A DNA stretch of 64,000 nucleotides, taken from positions 14,328 through 78,327 of IMG/VR virus record IMGVR_UViG_3300010354_000062; one strand, 5' to 3'. This DNA comes from a virus. The position numbers and the translations under genes are program-made. Positions 42,135-50,663 of the stretch are shown here, piece by piece (the first letter of the stretch is position 1; each line of letters begins with the position of its first letter). The notes below the pieces were generated by a model that saw only the letters and a list, made by a program, of their open reading frames with translations, did not search any database and was not told the origin of the DNA.

Positions 42135-42160
42135 AAAATGGGCACTAAGGTGCCCATTTT
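42135..42160 (+). terminator. Rho-independent terminator (possibly bidirectional)
   Basis: AAAATGGGCAC-taag-GTGCCCATTTT. Confidence 0.85.
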
Positions 42161-42162
42161 CT

Positions 42163-42190
42163 TGTCAACGCTTTTGTTTCCTTAGGCGTT
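42163..42190 (+). promoter_or_regulatory. Putative ECF-sigma-type promoter
   Basis: TGTCAAC (42163-42169), 17 nt spacer, CGTT (42187-42190). Confidence 0.45.
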
Positions 42191-42240
42191 ATATATTATA
42201 CATAGACAATAAGTTCTATGTTAACTAAAAAGGAAAAATT

Positions 42241-42465
42241 ATGAAAGTTATCGCTACTCTAATCGCTGCTATGTTTGCAACCGCTGTTGCCGCACAGACT
42301 GCCACCCCCGCTAAGAAAGAAGAAGCCAAGCCTGCTGCCGCAGCACCTGCTACACCAGCACCTGCCGCCAAGCCTGCTGACAAAAAAGCAGAGCCTGCAA
42401 AAAGCGAGGCAGCTAAGCCTGCTGACAAAAAAGCAGATACCAAAGCCGAAGCTCCTAAGAAGTAA
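42241..42465 (+). CDS. Small exported Ala/Lys/Pro-rich disordered protein
   Basis: Sec signal MKVIATLIAAMFATAVAA/Q, AAGGA RBS, KPADKKA repeats. Confidence 0.75.
   Translation: MKVIATLIAAMFATAVAAQTATPAKKEEAKPAAAAPATPAPAAKPADKKAEPAKSEAAKPADKKADTKAEAPKK
42370..42437 (+). repeat. 23-bp direct repeat (two copies)
   Basis: AAGCCTGCTGACAAAAAAGCAGA at 42370-42392 and 42415-42437. Confidence 0.85.
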
Positions 42466-42650
42466 TCCAACTAGAAAATTATTGTTACTAGCCGGGGAAG
42501 ATCCGGAAAGTATCGATGATGAAAGTGTTTATGGATCTTATCGTAGACCGCAGGTAGTACACGATGATGTAGATAACGACTATGATATTCCAGAACATAT
42601 ACGTTGGAAATTATTTTTAGCTAGAACTTTGATAATGCTGAAAAACAAGG

Positions 42651-42675
42651 AAGCCCATGCATAATGGGCTTTTTT
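42651..42675 (+). terminator. Rho-independent terminator
   Basis: AAGCCCAT-gcata-ATGGGCTT followed by TTTT. Confidence 0.75.
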
Positions 42676-42714
42676 GTTTGGTAAAAATATTTTCGTTATT
42701 TGAGCATATAGGCT

Positions 42715-42743
42715 TTGACCTTGCTAAATAAAAAGCGCATAAT
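42715..42743 (+). promoter_or_regulatory. Nested sigma70 and late promoters of gene 32
   Basis: TTGACC (42715-42720), 17 nt spacer, CATAAT (42738-42743), with TAAATA (42725-42730) inside the spacer. Confidence 0.6.
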
Positions 42744-42801
42744 AGTTGTTATGCGAAAGGCATATAAGTCATTTACATTAAAGGCATAAGGAGGCTATAA
42801 A

Positions 42802-43779
42802 ATGGCAACACTAGCAGAAATTCGTGCTAAACTTCAAGAAGCACAAAACAAGAGCACAGGCTCTACATCAAGCGGCGGCGACAACGCAATTTACCCCCAT
42901 TGGAACATGCAAGAAGGCAAAGAAGCGGTTATTCGCTTACTGCCAGACGGCAACTCTAAGAACACATTCTTTTGGGTTGAACGTGCAATGATTAAATTGC
43001 CGTTTGCCGGTCTAAAAGATCAGGCAGGTTCCGGTCCAGTACAAGTACAAGTTCCCTGCGTGGAAATGTACAATGACGGTACCGTGTGTCCAATTCTTTC
43101 AGAAGTACGCGGTTGGTTCAAAGACAAGAGTCTAGAGGAAATGGGTCGTAAGTATTGGAAAAAGCGTTCATACATCTTCCAAGGCTTTGTTGTTGAAGAT
43201 CCTATTAAAGAAGAAAAGACGCCAGAGAATCCAATTCGTAGATTCATCATTGGTCCTCAAATATATCAAATCATCCGTTCGGCTCTAATGGATCCAGAGT
43301 TGGAAGAACTGCCAACTGACTACCTGCGTGGTGTTGACTTCCGTATTGCTAAGACAAGTAAAGGCGGCTTTGCTGATTACTCTACTTCAAAATGGAGTCG
43401 ACGCGAACGTGCATTGAGCGACGTTGAAAAGACAGCTATCGAACAGTATGGTTTGTTTGACTTATCAGACTTCCTGCCCAAGAAGCCAACTGATGTTGAA
43501 CTCAAGGTAATGAAGGAAATGTTTGAAGCGTCAGTTGACGGTGAAGCATATGACATGGAACGTTGGGGTCAATATTTCAAACCAGCTGGTATGGGTAGTG
43601 CTACTGGTGATCCAGTAAAAACTAGTCCCAAGGCATCTGCCCCAGTAACAGAAGATGACGATCCTCCGTTTGAACCTGATAACAAGCCAGCAGCACCTGT
43701 TGCTAAGCCTGCTCCTAGTTCAGACAGCGCCAGTCGTGCGCAAGATATTCTTGCAAAGATCCGCGCTCGTAACCAGTAA
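42802..43779 (+). CDS. gp32: Single-stranded DNA-binding protein (T4 gp32-like)
   Basis: A.IR.LP, C.E......CPI, YWKK.SY, GPQI...I, G.DF.I.K..KGG.ADYS.S.W. Confidence 0.9.
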   Translation: MATLAEIRAKLQEAQNKSTGSTSSGGDNAIYPHWNMQEGKEAVIRLLPDGNSKNTFFWVERAMIKLPFAGLKDQAGSGPVQVQVPCVEMYNDGTVCPILSEVRGWFKDKSLEEMGRKYWKKRSYIFQGFVVEDPIKEEKTPENPIRRFIIGPQIYQIIRSALMDPELEELPTDYLRGVDFRIAKTSKGGFADYSTSKWSRRERALSDVEKTAIEQYGLFDLSDFLPKKPTDVELKVMKEMFEASVDGEAYDMERWGQYFKPAGMGSATGDPVKTSPKASAPVTEDDDPPFEPDNKPAAPVAKPAPSSDSASRAQDILAKIRARNQ

Positions 43780-43785
43780 AAACTA

Positions 43786-43817
43786 AGAGAGTACGAGTTT
43801 CATAGCTCGTACTCTCT
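43786..43817 (+). other. Stable intergenic hairpin without a U-tract (processing or stability element)
   Basis: AGAGAGTACGAGTT-tcat-AGCTCGTACTCTCT, a 14-bp stem with one G-U pair. Confidence 0.6.
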
Positions 43818-43835
43818 CTCACATGAGGATCTCAC

Positions 43836-44048
43836 ATGCCTAAACAAATCAAAATTAACGAAAATTTTTCATTAAACTACAGTAGTCGTGAAGCTGACAG
43901 CGGTGATACTGTTATGGATTGTAATATTTCATTTGACAATCCTAAAGATGATAGTACAATAATTCATCGACTAAACACCTGGCTCAAGGCCATCGGCCGC
44001 GCAGACATTGAAGTCTCACCAAAAGAATATCCCAAGGGAGTAAAATAA
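43836..44048 (+). CDS. Hypothetical protein
   Basis: 70 aa with a GAGGA RBS. Confidence 0.55.
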   Translation: MPKQIKINENFSLNYSSREADSGDTVMDCNISFDNPKDDSTIIHRLNTWLKAIGRADIEVSPKEYPKGVK

Positions 44049-44049
44049 T

Positions 44050-45123
44050 ATGGCAAAAGCATTTGATATTAGTAAATTTAGAAAAAGCATTACAAAAAGC
44101 ATTGAAGGTCTTGGTGTAGGTTTTAATGATCCTACAGACTGGGTATCAACTGGTAACTATGCACTTAACTACCTAATCAGTGGCGACTTTCATCGTGGTG
44201 TTCCATTAGGTAAGGTCACAGTATTTGCGGGCGAGTCTGGTGCAGGTAAGAGTTTTATCTGTTCAGGCAATCTAGTAAGAAATGCGCAAAAACAAGGCAT
44301 TTTTGTTGTACTTGTTGATTCAGAAAATGCCTTAGATCGTAATTGGCTCGAAGCATTGGGTGTTGACACAGCAGAAGATAAACTTCTTAAACTTAACATG
44401 GCCATGATTGATGACGTGGCTAAAACTATTGTTGAGTTTATGAAAGAATACAAGGCCATGGAGGAACGTCCTAAGGTCTTATTTGTGATTGATAGTCTTG
44501 GAATGTTATTGACGCCAACAGATATTAATCAGTTTGAAGCAGGCGACTTAAAAGGTGACATGGGTCGTAAGCCCAAGGCATTAACAGCACTGGTTCGTAA
44601 TTGCGTTAATATGTTTGGTAGTTACAATGTTGGTTTGGTGGCAACTAACCATACATATGCTTCACAAGATATGTTTGATCCAGATGACAAAATTAGTGGT
44701 GGTCAAGGTTTCATTTATGCATCAAGTATTGTTGTTGCTATGAAAAAACTTAAATTGAAAGAAGATGAAGATGGTAACAAGATTTCAGAAGTACGTGGTA
44801 TTCGTGCTGCCTGTAAGGTTATGAAAACTCGTTACGCAAAACCTTTTGAATCAGTTCAGGTTAAAATTCCTTACGAAACCGGCATGAATCCTTATAGCGG
44901 CATTGTTGATCTTGCTGAAGGTAAAGGTATGTTGGTTAAAGATGGTAATCGTTTATCATTTACAACCAGCGATGGAGAAATACTAAAATTCTATCGTAAG
45001 GAATGGGAACGTAACGAACAAGGATCCCTTGATACCTTAATGGAAGATATTACAAAGTATGGTGAAAAATCTGTTTCCGAGATAACTAATACAGTTGAAT
45101 CAGAAACGGAGGGAGCTGAATGA
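44050..45123 (+). CDS. uvsX: RecA-like recombinase UvsX
   Basis: STG.YALN..ISG, AGESGAGKS, DSENA, VIDSLGML, GDMG, TNHTY, SGGQG..YASS. Confidence 0.95.
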   Translation: MAKAFDISKFRKSITKSIEGLGVGFNDPTDWVSTGNYALNYLISGDFHRGVPLGKVTVFAGESGAGKSFICSGNLVRNAQKQGIFVVLVDSENALDRNWLEALGVDTAEDKLLKLNMAMIDDVAKTIVEFMKEYKAMEERPKVLFVIDSLGMLLTPTDINQFEAGDLKGDMGRKPKALTALVRNCVNMFGSYNVGLVATNHTYASQDMFDPDDKISGGQGFIYASSIVVAMKKLKLKEDEDGNKISEVRGIRAACKVMKTRYAKPFESVQVKIPYETGMNPYSGIVDLAEGKGMLVKDGNRLSFTTSDGEILKFYRKEWERNEQGSLDTLMEDITKYGEKSVSEITNTVESETEGAE

Positions 45124-45365
45124 AAGAAGATTTAATTGCAGATATCTGGACACTTGTCATTGAACATATCCCTGAGAAATATCGTAAGGATGTGGCTGCT
45201 GATTTTATCAATACATTGATGGATTACGGTATTAAAGAAAGTGTCTTAGAAGGATTGCAGGGTGTTGACCCCTATTTAGATACAGCTATAGAATATGTTA
45301 TAGATGGGGAAGACATCGAAGCCGACGTAGAGGATGAAGATTACTACGACGAAGATGAGGAATAA
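45120..45365 (+). CDS. Small acidic hypothetical protein
   Basis: 81 aa with an Asp/Glu-rich tail, between uvsX and uvsY. Confidence 0.6.
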   Translation: MKEDLIADIWTLVIEHIPEKYRKDVAADFINTLMDYGIKESVLEGLQGVDPYLDTAIEYVIDGEDIEADVEDEDYYDEDEE

Positions 45366-45821
45366 ATGAATTGGTACGATCGGGTTTCTAAGGATATTTC
45401 AAATATACCTGATGCCGTGGCTTATTATGAAGCTGAATTAATTTCAGCAAAACAAGATGTCCGCATAGCGGGAAACATTGAGAAGGCAAGTTCGCAAATG
45501 CCTGGTATAGTAGAAAACCGATTTAATCAACTTCAAGAAATTGAAGCAATTCTTGAATATCTTAACATCGAATTACGTAGACTTCGCAGTCAGCATTTCC
45601 GCAAATATCTTGAAAATTATCAACGTGCTTTGTCTTCTAGAGACTGTGAAAAGTTTGTAGAAGGCGAAGCTGATGTTGTAGATTTTGAAAAAATTATCAA
45701 CGACTTTGCCCTATTACGCAATAAATGGTTAGGCGTAATCAAGGCCCTCGATATTAAACAGTGGCAGTTATCTAATATTGTGAAGTTAAGAACTTCTGGG
45801 TTAGAAGATGCAACATTATGA
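45366..45821 (+). CDS. uvsY: Recombination mediator UvsY-like
   Basis: Helical 151 aa protein ending K.LD.K.WQLSNIVKLR..G, downstream of uvsX. Confidence 0.75.
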   Translation: MNWYDRVSKDISNIPDAVAYYEAELISAKQDVRIAGNIEKASSQMPGIVENRFNQLQEIEAILEYLNIELRRLRSQHFRKYLENYQRALSSRDCEKFVEGEADVVDFEKIINDFALLRNKWLGVIKALDIKQWQLSNIVKLRTSGLEDATL

Positions 45822-46573
45822 TATTAGGATATGGCCGAGCCGCTAAATTTGCTGTTGGTGCAGGCGGTAAGGAAATTTTTTACGAAGATGTATTTTCAAA
45901 TGTAGAACATACAGTAGCATGGTCGGGTGTTGGCTACCACAATATCCTAAGACATCTAGAAAAAAACAATTTAGATTTTTATTACATAGATACTGGATAT
46001 ATTGGTAATAAAAAGTTAAAAACCTATAAACGCATTACCAAAAACAATATTAATGATGATCGCACAATAATTGATCGTCCAAATGATAGGCTGGCACTTC
46101 TTAATTTTAATGATGAAATCTTTAAGAGAGGTAACAACATCTTAATTGTTCCACCTGATCAAAAAGTTTTAACTTGTTGGGATCCAAATATCAAAGCTGA
46201 TGAGTGGATTACGGATGTAAAAAATAAGTTATCGCAATATACAGATAGAAAAATTGTTATACGAGAAAGAATTAAAAACAGAGCAGATCGATTAGTACAC
46301 AATACTTTCCTTGACGCATTAAGACAGGATATTCATGCGGTCATTGCTTGGTCAAGCAATTGTGCCGTAGAAAGTGTAATACATGGAGTTCCTGTAGTAA
46401 GTTTAGGCCCTACAGCAACTAAACAAGTAAGCCCGTTTACACTAGAACAAATTGATAATGTTCCGGACTTAGATCATAGCCTAATTGAACGCTGGTTAAG
46501 ACATTTAAGTTATTGCCAATTTACAGATGAAGAAATGGTATCTGGGTTGGCATTTAATTTACTTAACCAATAA
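45818..46573 (+). CDS. KpsS/Capsule_synth-like GT-B glycosyltransferase, paralog 1
   Basis: YYIDTGYIG, ILIVPP, YTDRKIVIR, SSN.AVE.VIHGVPV, WL.HL.Y.QFT..EM..G. Confidence 0.6.
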   Translation: MILGYGRAAKFAVGAGGKEIFYEDVFSNVEHTVAWSGVGYHNILRHLEKNNLDFYYIDTGYIGNKKLKTYKRITKNNINDDRTIIDRPNDRLALLNFNDEIFKRGNNILIVPPDQKVLTCWDPNIKADEWITDVKNKLSQYTDRKIVIRERIKNRADRLVHNTFLDALRQDIHAVIAWSSNCAVESVIHGVPVVSLGPTATKQVSPFTLEQIDNVPDLDHSLIERWLRHLSYCQFTDEEMVSGLAFNLLNQ

Positions 46574-46594
46574 TATACCCATATAAATAAGGCT

Positions 46595-47356
46595 ATGAAA
46601 ATAGTCTTAGTAACAGGGGGCTTTGACCCTATTCATTCAGGGCATATTGCCTATTTCAAAGCAGCACGTACTCTTGGCGACATGCTCATCGTTGGATTAA
46701 ATTCAGACGAATGGCTAGAGAGAAAAAAAGGCAGAGCATTCATGCCGTGGAACGAGCGGCTGTGTGTTATTAATAATTTAACAATGGTTGACGAAGTTTA
46801 TACTTTTGACGACCAAGACGGTTCTGCCAAATCATTTATCCGTCAGGTAAGAGCACATTATCCCGATGCAACACTAATATTTGCCAATGGGGGTGATCGC
46901 ACAGCAGCTAATATTCCAGAAATGGATATTGTTGACAATAATCTTGAGTTTGCTTTTGGTGTTGGCGGAGAAGATAAAAAGAATTCTAGTTCGTGGATAC
47001 TTGAAGAATGGAAAGCTCCAAAAACACAAAGGCAATGGGGTTATTATCGTGTGTTACATGAAAATGGAAAATCTGTAAAAGTTAAAGAATTAACAGTAGA
47101 ACCAGGCAAGTCTTTATCAATGCAACGTCATAACGACAGAGCCGAGCATTGGTTCGTTGCAGAGGGACGTGCTACCGTCTATGGAATAAATGTAAAATCA
47201 GATTACGAAGTAGTTGGAGTGTACGAACAGTTTCATCATGTACACATTAGAAGAACAGAATGGCATCAATTAGCCAATGAAACTAATCTTCCTTTGAAAC
47301 TAATAGAAATTCAATATGGAAATAACTGTATAGAAGAGGACATTGAACGCCGATGA
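46595..47356 (+). CDS. Cytidylyltransferase-like (HIGH) domain fused to a mannose-6-phosphate-isomerase-type cupin
   Basis: TGGFDPIHSGH, VGLNSD.WL.RKKG, FANGGDR, SSS. Then R.WG.Y.VL, VKEL.V.PG..LS.QRH..R.EHW.V, H.L.N, IEIQ.G...EEDIER. Confidence 0.85.
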   Translation: MKIVLVTGGFDPIHSGHIAYFKAARTLGDMLIVGLNSDEWLERKKGRAFMPWNERLCVINNLTMVDEVYTFDDQDGSAKSFIRQVRAHYPDATLIFANGGDRTAANIPEMDIVDNNLEFAFGVGGEDKKNSSSWILEEWKAPKTQRQWGYYRVLHENGKSVKVKELTVEPGKSLSMQRHNDRAEHWFVAEGRATVYGINVKSDYEVVGVYEQFHHVHIRRTEWHQLANETNLPLKLIEIQYGNNCIEEDIERR

Positions 47357-48024
47357 AAGTTTTTGTTGGATACGATATTAGAGAAGATATTGCCTTTCAG
47401 GTTTGTGAATATAGTATTAAAAAGCATAATATTGATGCCGAAGTAATACCACTTAAACAAAAAGAACTGAGAGAAGCAGGTACATACACTAGAACTATTG
47501 ATCCTTTAAGTTCTACTGAATTTACATTTACACGATTCCTAGTCCCATACCTTGCTGATTATAAAGGATGGGCCGTCTTCGTTGATTGTGATTTTGTATT
47601 TGTTGACGATGTCAAAAAATTATTTGATGTTGCCGATGACAATTACGCAGTTATGGTAGTAAAACATGATTATACACCTAAAGAAGATTTAAAGATGGAT
47701 GGCTGTAAACAATTACCGTATCCAAGAAAAAATTGGAGTTCAACTATTCTTTGGAACTGCGGACACCCATCAAACAGACAGGTCACTCCTGATCTTGTTA
47801 ATTCGCAGACAGGACAATTCTTACATAGATTTCAATGGTTAAATGACAATGAAATTGGAGAACTAAAACCAGAATGGAACTGGTTGGCTGGATGGTATAA
47901 AGAACCTCACGACGGAACTCCTAAAGCTATTCATTACACTGAGGGAGGACCTTGGTTCAAAGAATATAGAAGATGTCCATATCATAAAACTTGGAAGCAG
48001 TATCTGCGTGAAATGCTCAAATGA
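47353..48024 (+). CDS. GT-A glycosyltransferase (GT8-like)
   Basis: VFVGYD.RE, STEFTFTRFLVP, FVDCD (DxD), YPRKNWSS, WNWL, IHYT.GGPW. Confidence 0.8.
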   Translation: MKVFVGYDIREDIAFQVCEYSIKKHNIDAEVIPLKQKELREAGTYTRTIDPLSSTEFTFTRFLVPYLADYKGWAVFVDCDFVFVDDVKKLFDVADDNYAVMVVKHDYTPKEDLKMDGCKQLPYPRKNWSSTILWNCGHPSNRQVTPDLVNSQTGQFLHRFQWLNDNEIGELKPEWNWLAGWYKEPHDGTPKAIHYTEGGPWFKEYRRCPYHKTWKQYLREMLK

Positions 48025-48827
48025 GTAACTGGATTTTTTTAAGTAAACACGGCACAGACCCCTTTATAAATCAGTTTGCAACTGGCTGCGGCTCTACTCC
48101 TTTAGACACAGAAAATTTTGTCTATGAAGAATCATCGTCACCTTTATGTTTTAGAGGTATACTAAAGAAAAAAATAATCAAACAATGTTGGGACGACCGT
48201 AGAGATTTTTATTTTATGGATACGGGTTATTTTGGCAACGAATCAACTGCCTCAAATCCAAACGGATATAAAATTTGGCACCGGATCGTAAAAAATAATC
48301 TACAACATAATCTTGTAGTGAAACGTCCGTCTGATAGGTGGGAATCTTTAAATAAAAAAATATTGCCTTGGAAAACTCCGGGAAGAAAAATTCTCATCGC
48401 TGCTCCTGATGAAAAGCCATGTAAGTTTTACGATATAAATTTAGAAAATTGGTTACAGACTACTGTGAGCGAAATTAAAAAGTATACAGATAGACCAGTT
48501 GAGGTACGTCAACGATCAAAATTACGTATAGACAGAACAGTATCAAATACATTACAGTCCGCACTAGACGACGATGTTTTTGCGTTAGTAACCTTTAATT
48601 CAAACGCTGCTACAGAATCTATTTTGTACGGCATACCAGCATTTGTATTGGCACCAGTTAGTGCAGCTCTTCCGGTTGCTTCTAACGATTTGTCTAAGAT
48701 AGAAACACCAAATTATGCAAGTATAGACGAACGGTATGAATGGGCGTGCCATCTTGCCTATGGACAGTTTAGTGTAAAAGAATTAAAAACAGGTCAAGCA
48801 AAAACAATGCTTGAGGAATTATGGTAA
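48021..48827 (+). CDS. KpsS/Capsule_synth-like glycosyltransferase, paralog 2
   Basis: FMDTGYFG, WHRIVKN, ILIAAP, YTDRPVEVR, FNSNAA.E.ILYGIPAF, HLAYGQF. Confidence 0.6.
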   Translation: MSNWIFLSKHGTDPFINQFATGCGSTPLDTENFVYEESSSPLCFRGILKKKIIKQCWDDRRDFYFMDTGYFGNESTASNPNGYKIWHRIVKNNLQHNLVVKRPSDRWESLNKKILPWKTPGRKILIAAPDEKPCKFYDINLENWLQTTVSEIKKYTDRPVEVRQRSKLRIDRTVSNTLQSALDDDVFALVTFNSNAATESILYGIPAFVLAPVSAALPVASNDLSKIETPNYASIDERYEWACHLAYGQFSVKELKTGQAKTMLEELW

Positions 48828-49564
48828 AAGAAGTTTCATATGAAGAAATGTTTGCTCGTAGTGCAGGTGATCCTCGACCTCTTGTCTATAGAGGCATTGT
48901 AAAAAGAAAACACATTCACCAAGCCACAAAAAATAATCAAGAATTTTTCTACATGGATACTGGATATTTTGGCAATTTTAAAACAGAAGGTAATCCAAAC
49001 GGGAAAAAAATATACCATAGAGTAGTTCGTAATGAGTTACAAAAATCTGTATTTGAAGATTGGCCTGATGATCGTTGGAAAAAACTTATAAAAATTGATC
49101 CTCGGTTGCAATGGAAAGGTTGGAAAAAACCAGGAAAAAATATTCTGTTAATTTTACCTAATCCAAAATCCTGTCACTTCTTTGGCACCGAACTTGATAT
49201 CTGGCGCAGCAACGTAATACAAGAAATTAGAAAACACACCGATAGACCAATTATCGAAAGGAAAAAAGGATCTAGAGGAGATAGAAATACTTACAGCATA
49301 TATGATGCACTAGATAATGACGTACATTCTCTTGTAGCATTTAACAGTATTGCAGCCATTGAAGCCATTGCATATGGTGTGCCTGCTTTTGTTTCAGTTT
49401 CATGCGCGGCATGGCCTTTAGCTAATCATGATCTATCTGTTATAGAAAATCCTCATCGTCCAGATGAAAAACTTATTCATAAACATTGTTGTTCATTGGC
49501 CTACGGTCAATTTACTTCAGAAGAAATAGCCAACGGTACGGCTTGGAAAACTGTAAAGAGATAA
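48821..49564 (+). CDS. KpsS/Capsule_synth-like glycosyltransferase, paralog 3
   Basis: YMDTGYFG, YHRVVRN, HTDRPII.R, FNSIAAIEAI.YGVPAF, LAYGQFT.EE...G.AW. Confidence 0.6.
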   Translation: MVKEVSYEEMFARSAGDPRPLVYRGIVKRKHIHQATKNNQEFFYMDTGYFGNFKTEGNPNGKKIYHRVVRNELQKSVFEDWPDDRWKKLIKIDPRLQWKGWKKPGKNILLILPNPKSCHFFGTELDIWRSNVIQEIRKHTDRPIIERKKGSRGDRNTYSIYDALDNDVHSLVAFNSIAAIEAIAYGVPAFVSVSCAAWPLANHDLSVIENPHRPDEKLIHKHCCSLAYGQFTSEEIANGTAWKTVKR

Positions 49565-49565
49565 T

Positions 49566-50663
49566 ATGAATTTATTACTTAACGATAAAGAACTGGCAAA
49601 CTTTTTAATTAGCTTACTTGACTTAAAGACGGAAGCATTAAACATCCCTATCCAAGAAACCCATACAGCTGAAGCCATAGCATGGGCTCTAATTAGAAAG
49701 GATAAGAAGGGACAGATGCCTGGAAAGTTTGCTCCAAAAGTTGTAGACAAGGTTACAGCAGGGGTAAGATCTGATTTGGAAATTTGGAAAAGAGCAGCTA
49801 AAGATCTTATAAGAAATAAACAAAAATTTCTCCAGACGAATATGCACCAACAGATGGATTATTTTGTAGATAAGTTTGGAGAAGAATTTTTAATAAATGC
49901 CTATAAGCACAGTGATAAAAAATATTTTATCAAATCAGTAGGCCTAGCCCTAGAACCTCATGCCAAATTAATTAGAAGAAAAAATTATTATAATGTTGAA
50001 GAAAATTGTTTACTAAGAAACACAGTTGGTAACGAAAACTTACTAGTTGAAAAGATTGACAAAAACAAACCTTTTTGGTTTATCGACAGTGGTTACACAA
50101 ATTTTATAGAGCCAAATAAAAAATGGCACCGCATAGTGCAAAATCATCTGCACTATTCTAATTACTTTACGGCTCCACCGGATAGGTTAGGGACTTTACC
50201 GTCATTTCCACATGAGTGGCGGACCGGAGGTGATAAAATTTTAATTATGGAACCTGGCCCGTTCGCTGCTGCTATTTTTCATGTTGACATTAAACAATGG
50301 AAATATAACATAGTTAAAGAATTAAGAAAATACACTGATAAAAGGATTTTCTTTAGACCAAAAATAAACAAGAAAGTAAGAAAAGATTTATATAAAAAAT
50401 TGTTAGATGATGATTATTACTGTACAATTAGTATCAACAGTAATTCAGCAGTTGAATCAATATGGGCAGGTGTCCCTGCCATTACATTAGATAAACATAT
50501 AAGCAACCCTGTTAGCGTATCTAATATAAGTGACATTAATAATTTATATAGAGGACCATTAGGTGATTGGCTATGTTGGTTAACATACAATCAATTTACA
50601 TTTGATGAATTACTAGATGGTACGGCGGTTAAATTAATACAGAGATACAATAATGTCACTTAA
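49566..50663 (+). CDS. KpsS/Capsule_synth-like glycosyltransferase, paralog 4 (N-terminal extension)
   Basis: FIDSGY, WHRIV.N, YTDKRI.FRPK, NSNSAVES..AGVPAI, WL.YNQFT.DEL..G.A. Confidence 0.6.
   Translation: MNLLLNDKELANFLISLLDLKTEALNIPIQETHTAEAIAWALIRKDKKGQMPGKFAPKVVDKVTAGVRSDLEIWKRAAKDLIRNKQKFLQTNMHQQMDYFVDKFGEEFLINAYKHSDKKYFIKSVGLALEPHAKLIRRKNYYNVEENCLLRNTVGNENLLVEKIDKNKPFWFIDSGYTNFIEPNKKWHRIVQNHLHYSNYFTAPPDRLGTLPSFPHEWRTGGDKILIMEPGPFAAAIFHVDIKQWKYNIVKELRKYTDKRIFFRPKINKKVRKDLYKKLLDDDYYCTISINSNSAVESIWAGVPAITLDKHISNPVSVSNISDINNLYRGPLGDWLCWLTYNQFTFDELLDGTAVKLIQRYNNVT

Noticed and set aside
42225-42470. Hydrophobic 81-aa minus-strand ORF opposite the exported protein
   Set aside because: It mirrors the Ala/Lys-rich plus-strand gene, which has the RBS, signal peptide and promoter.
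43821-43839. ACATGAGGATCTCACATG resembles the MS2 coat-protein operator (ACATGAGGATCACCCATGT)
   Set aside because: The upper GG/CC stem and ANYA loop needed for binding are not preserved. The match is explained by an SD plus AUG in a small hairpin.
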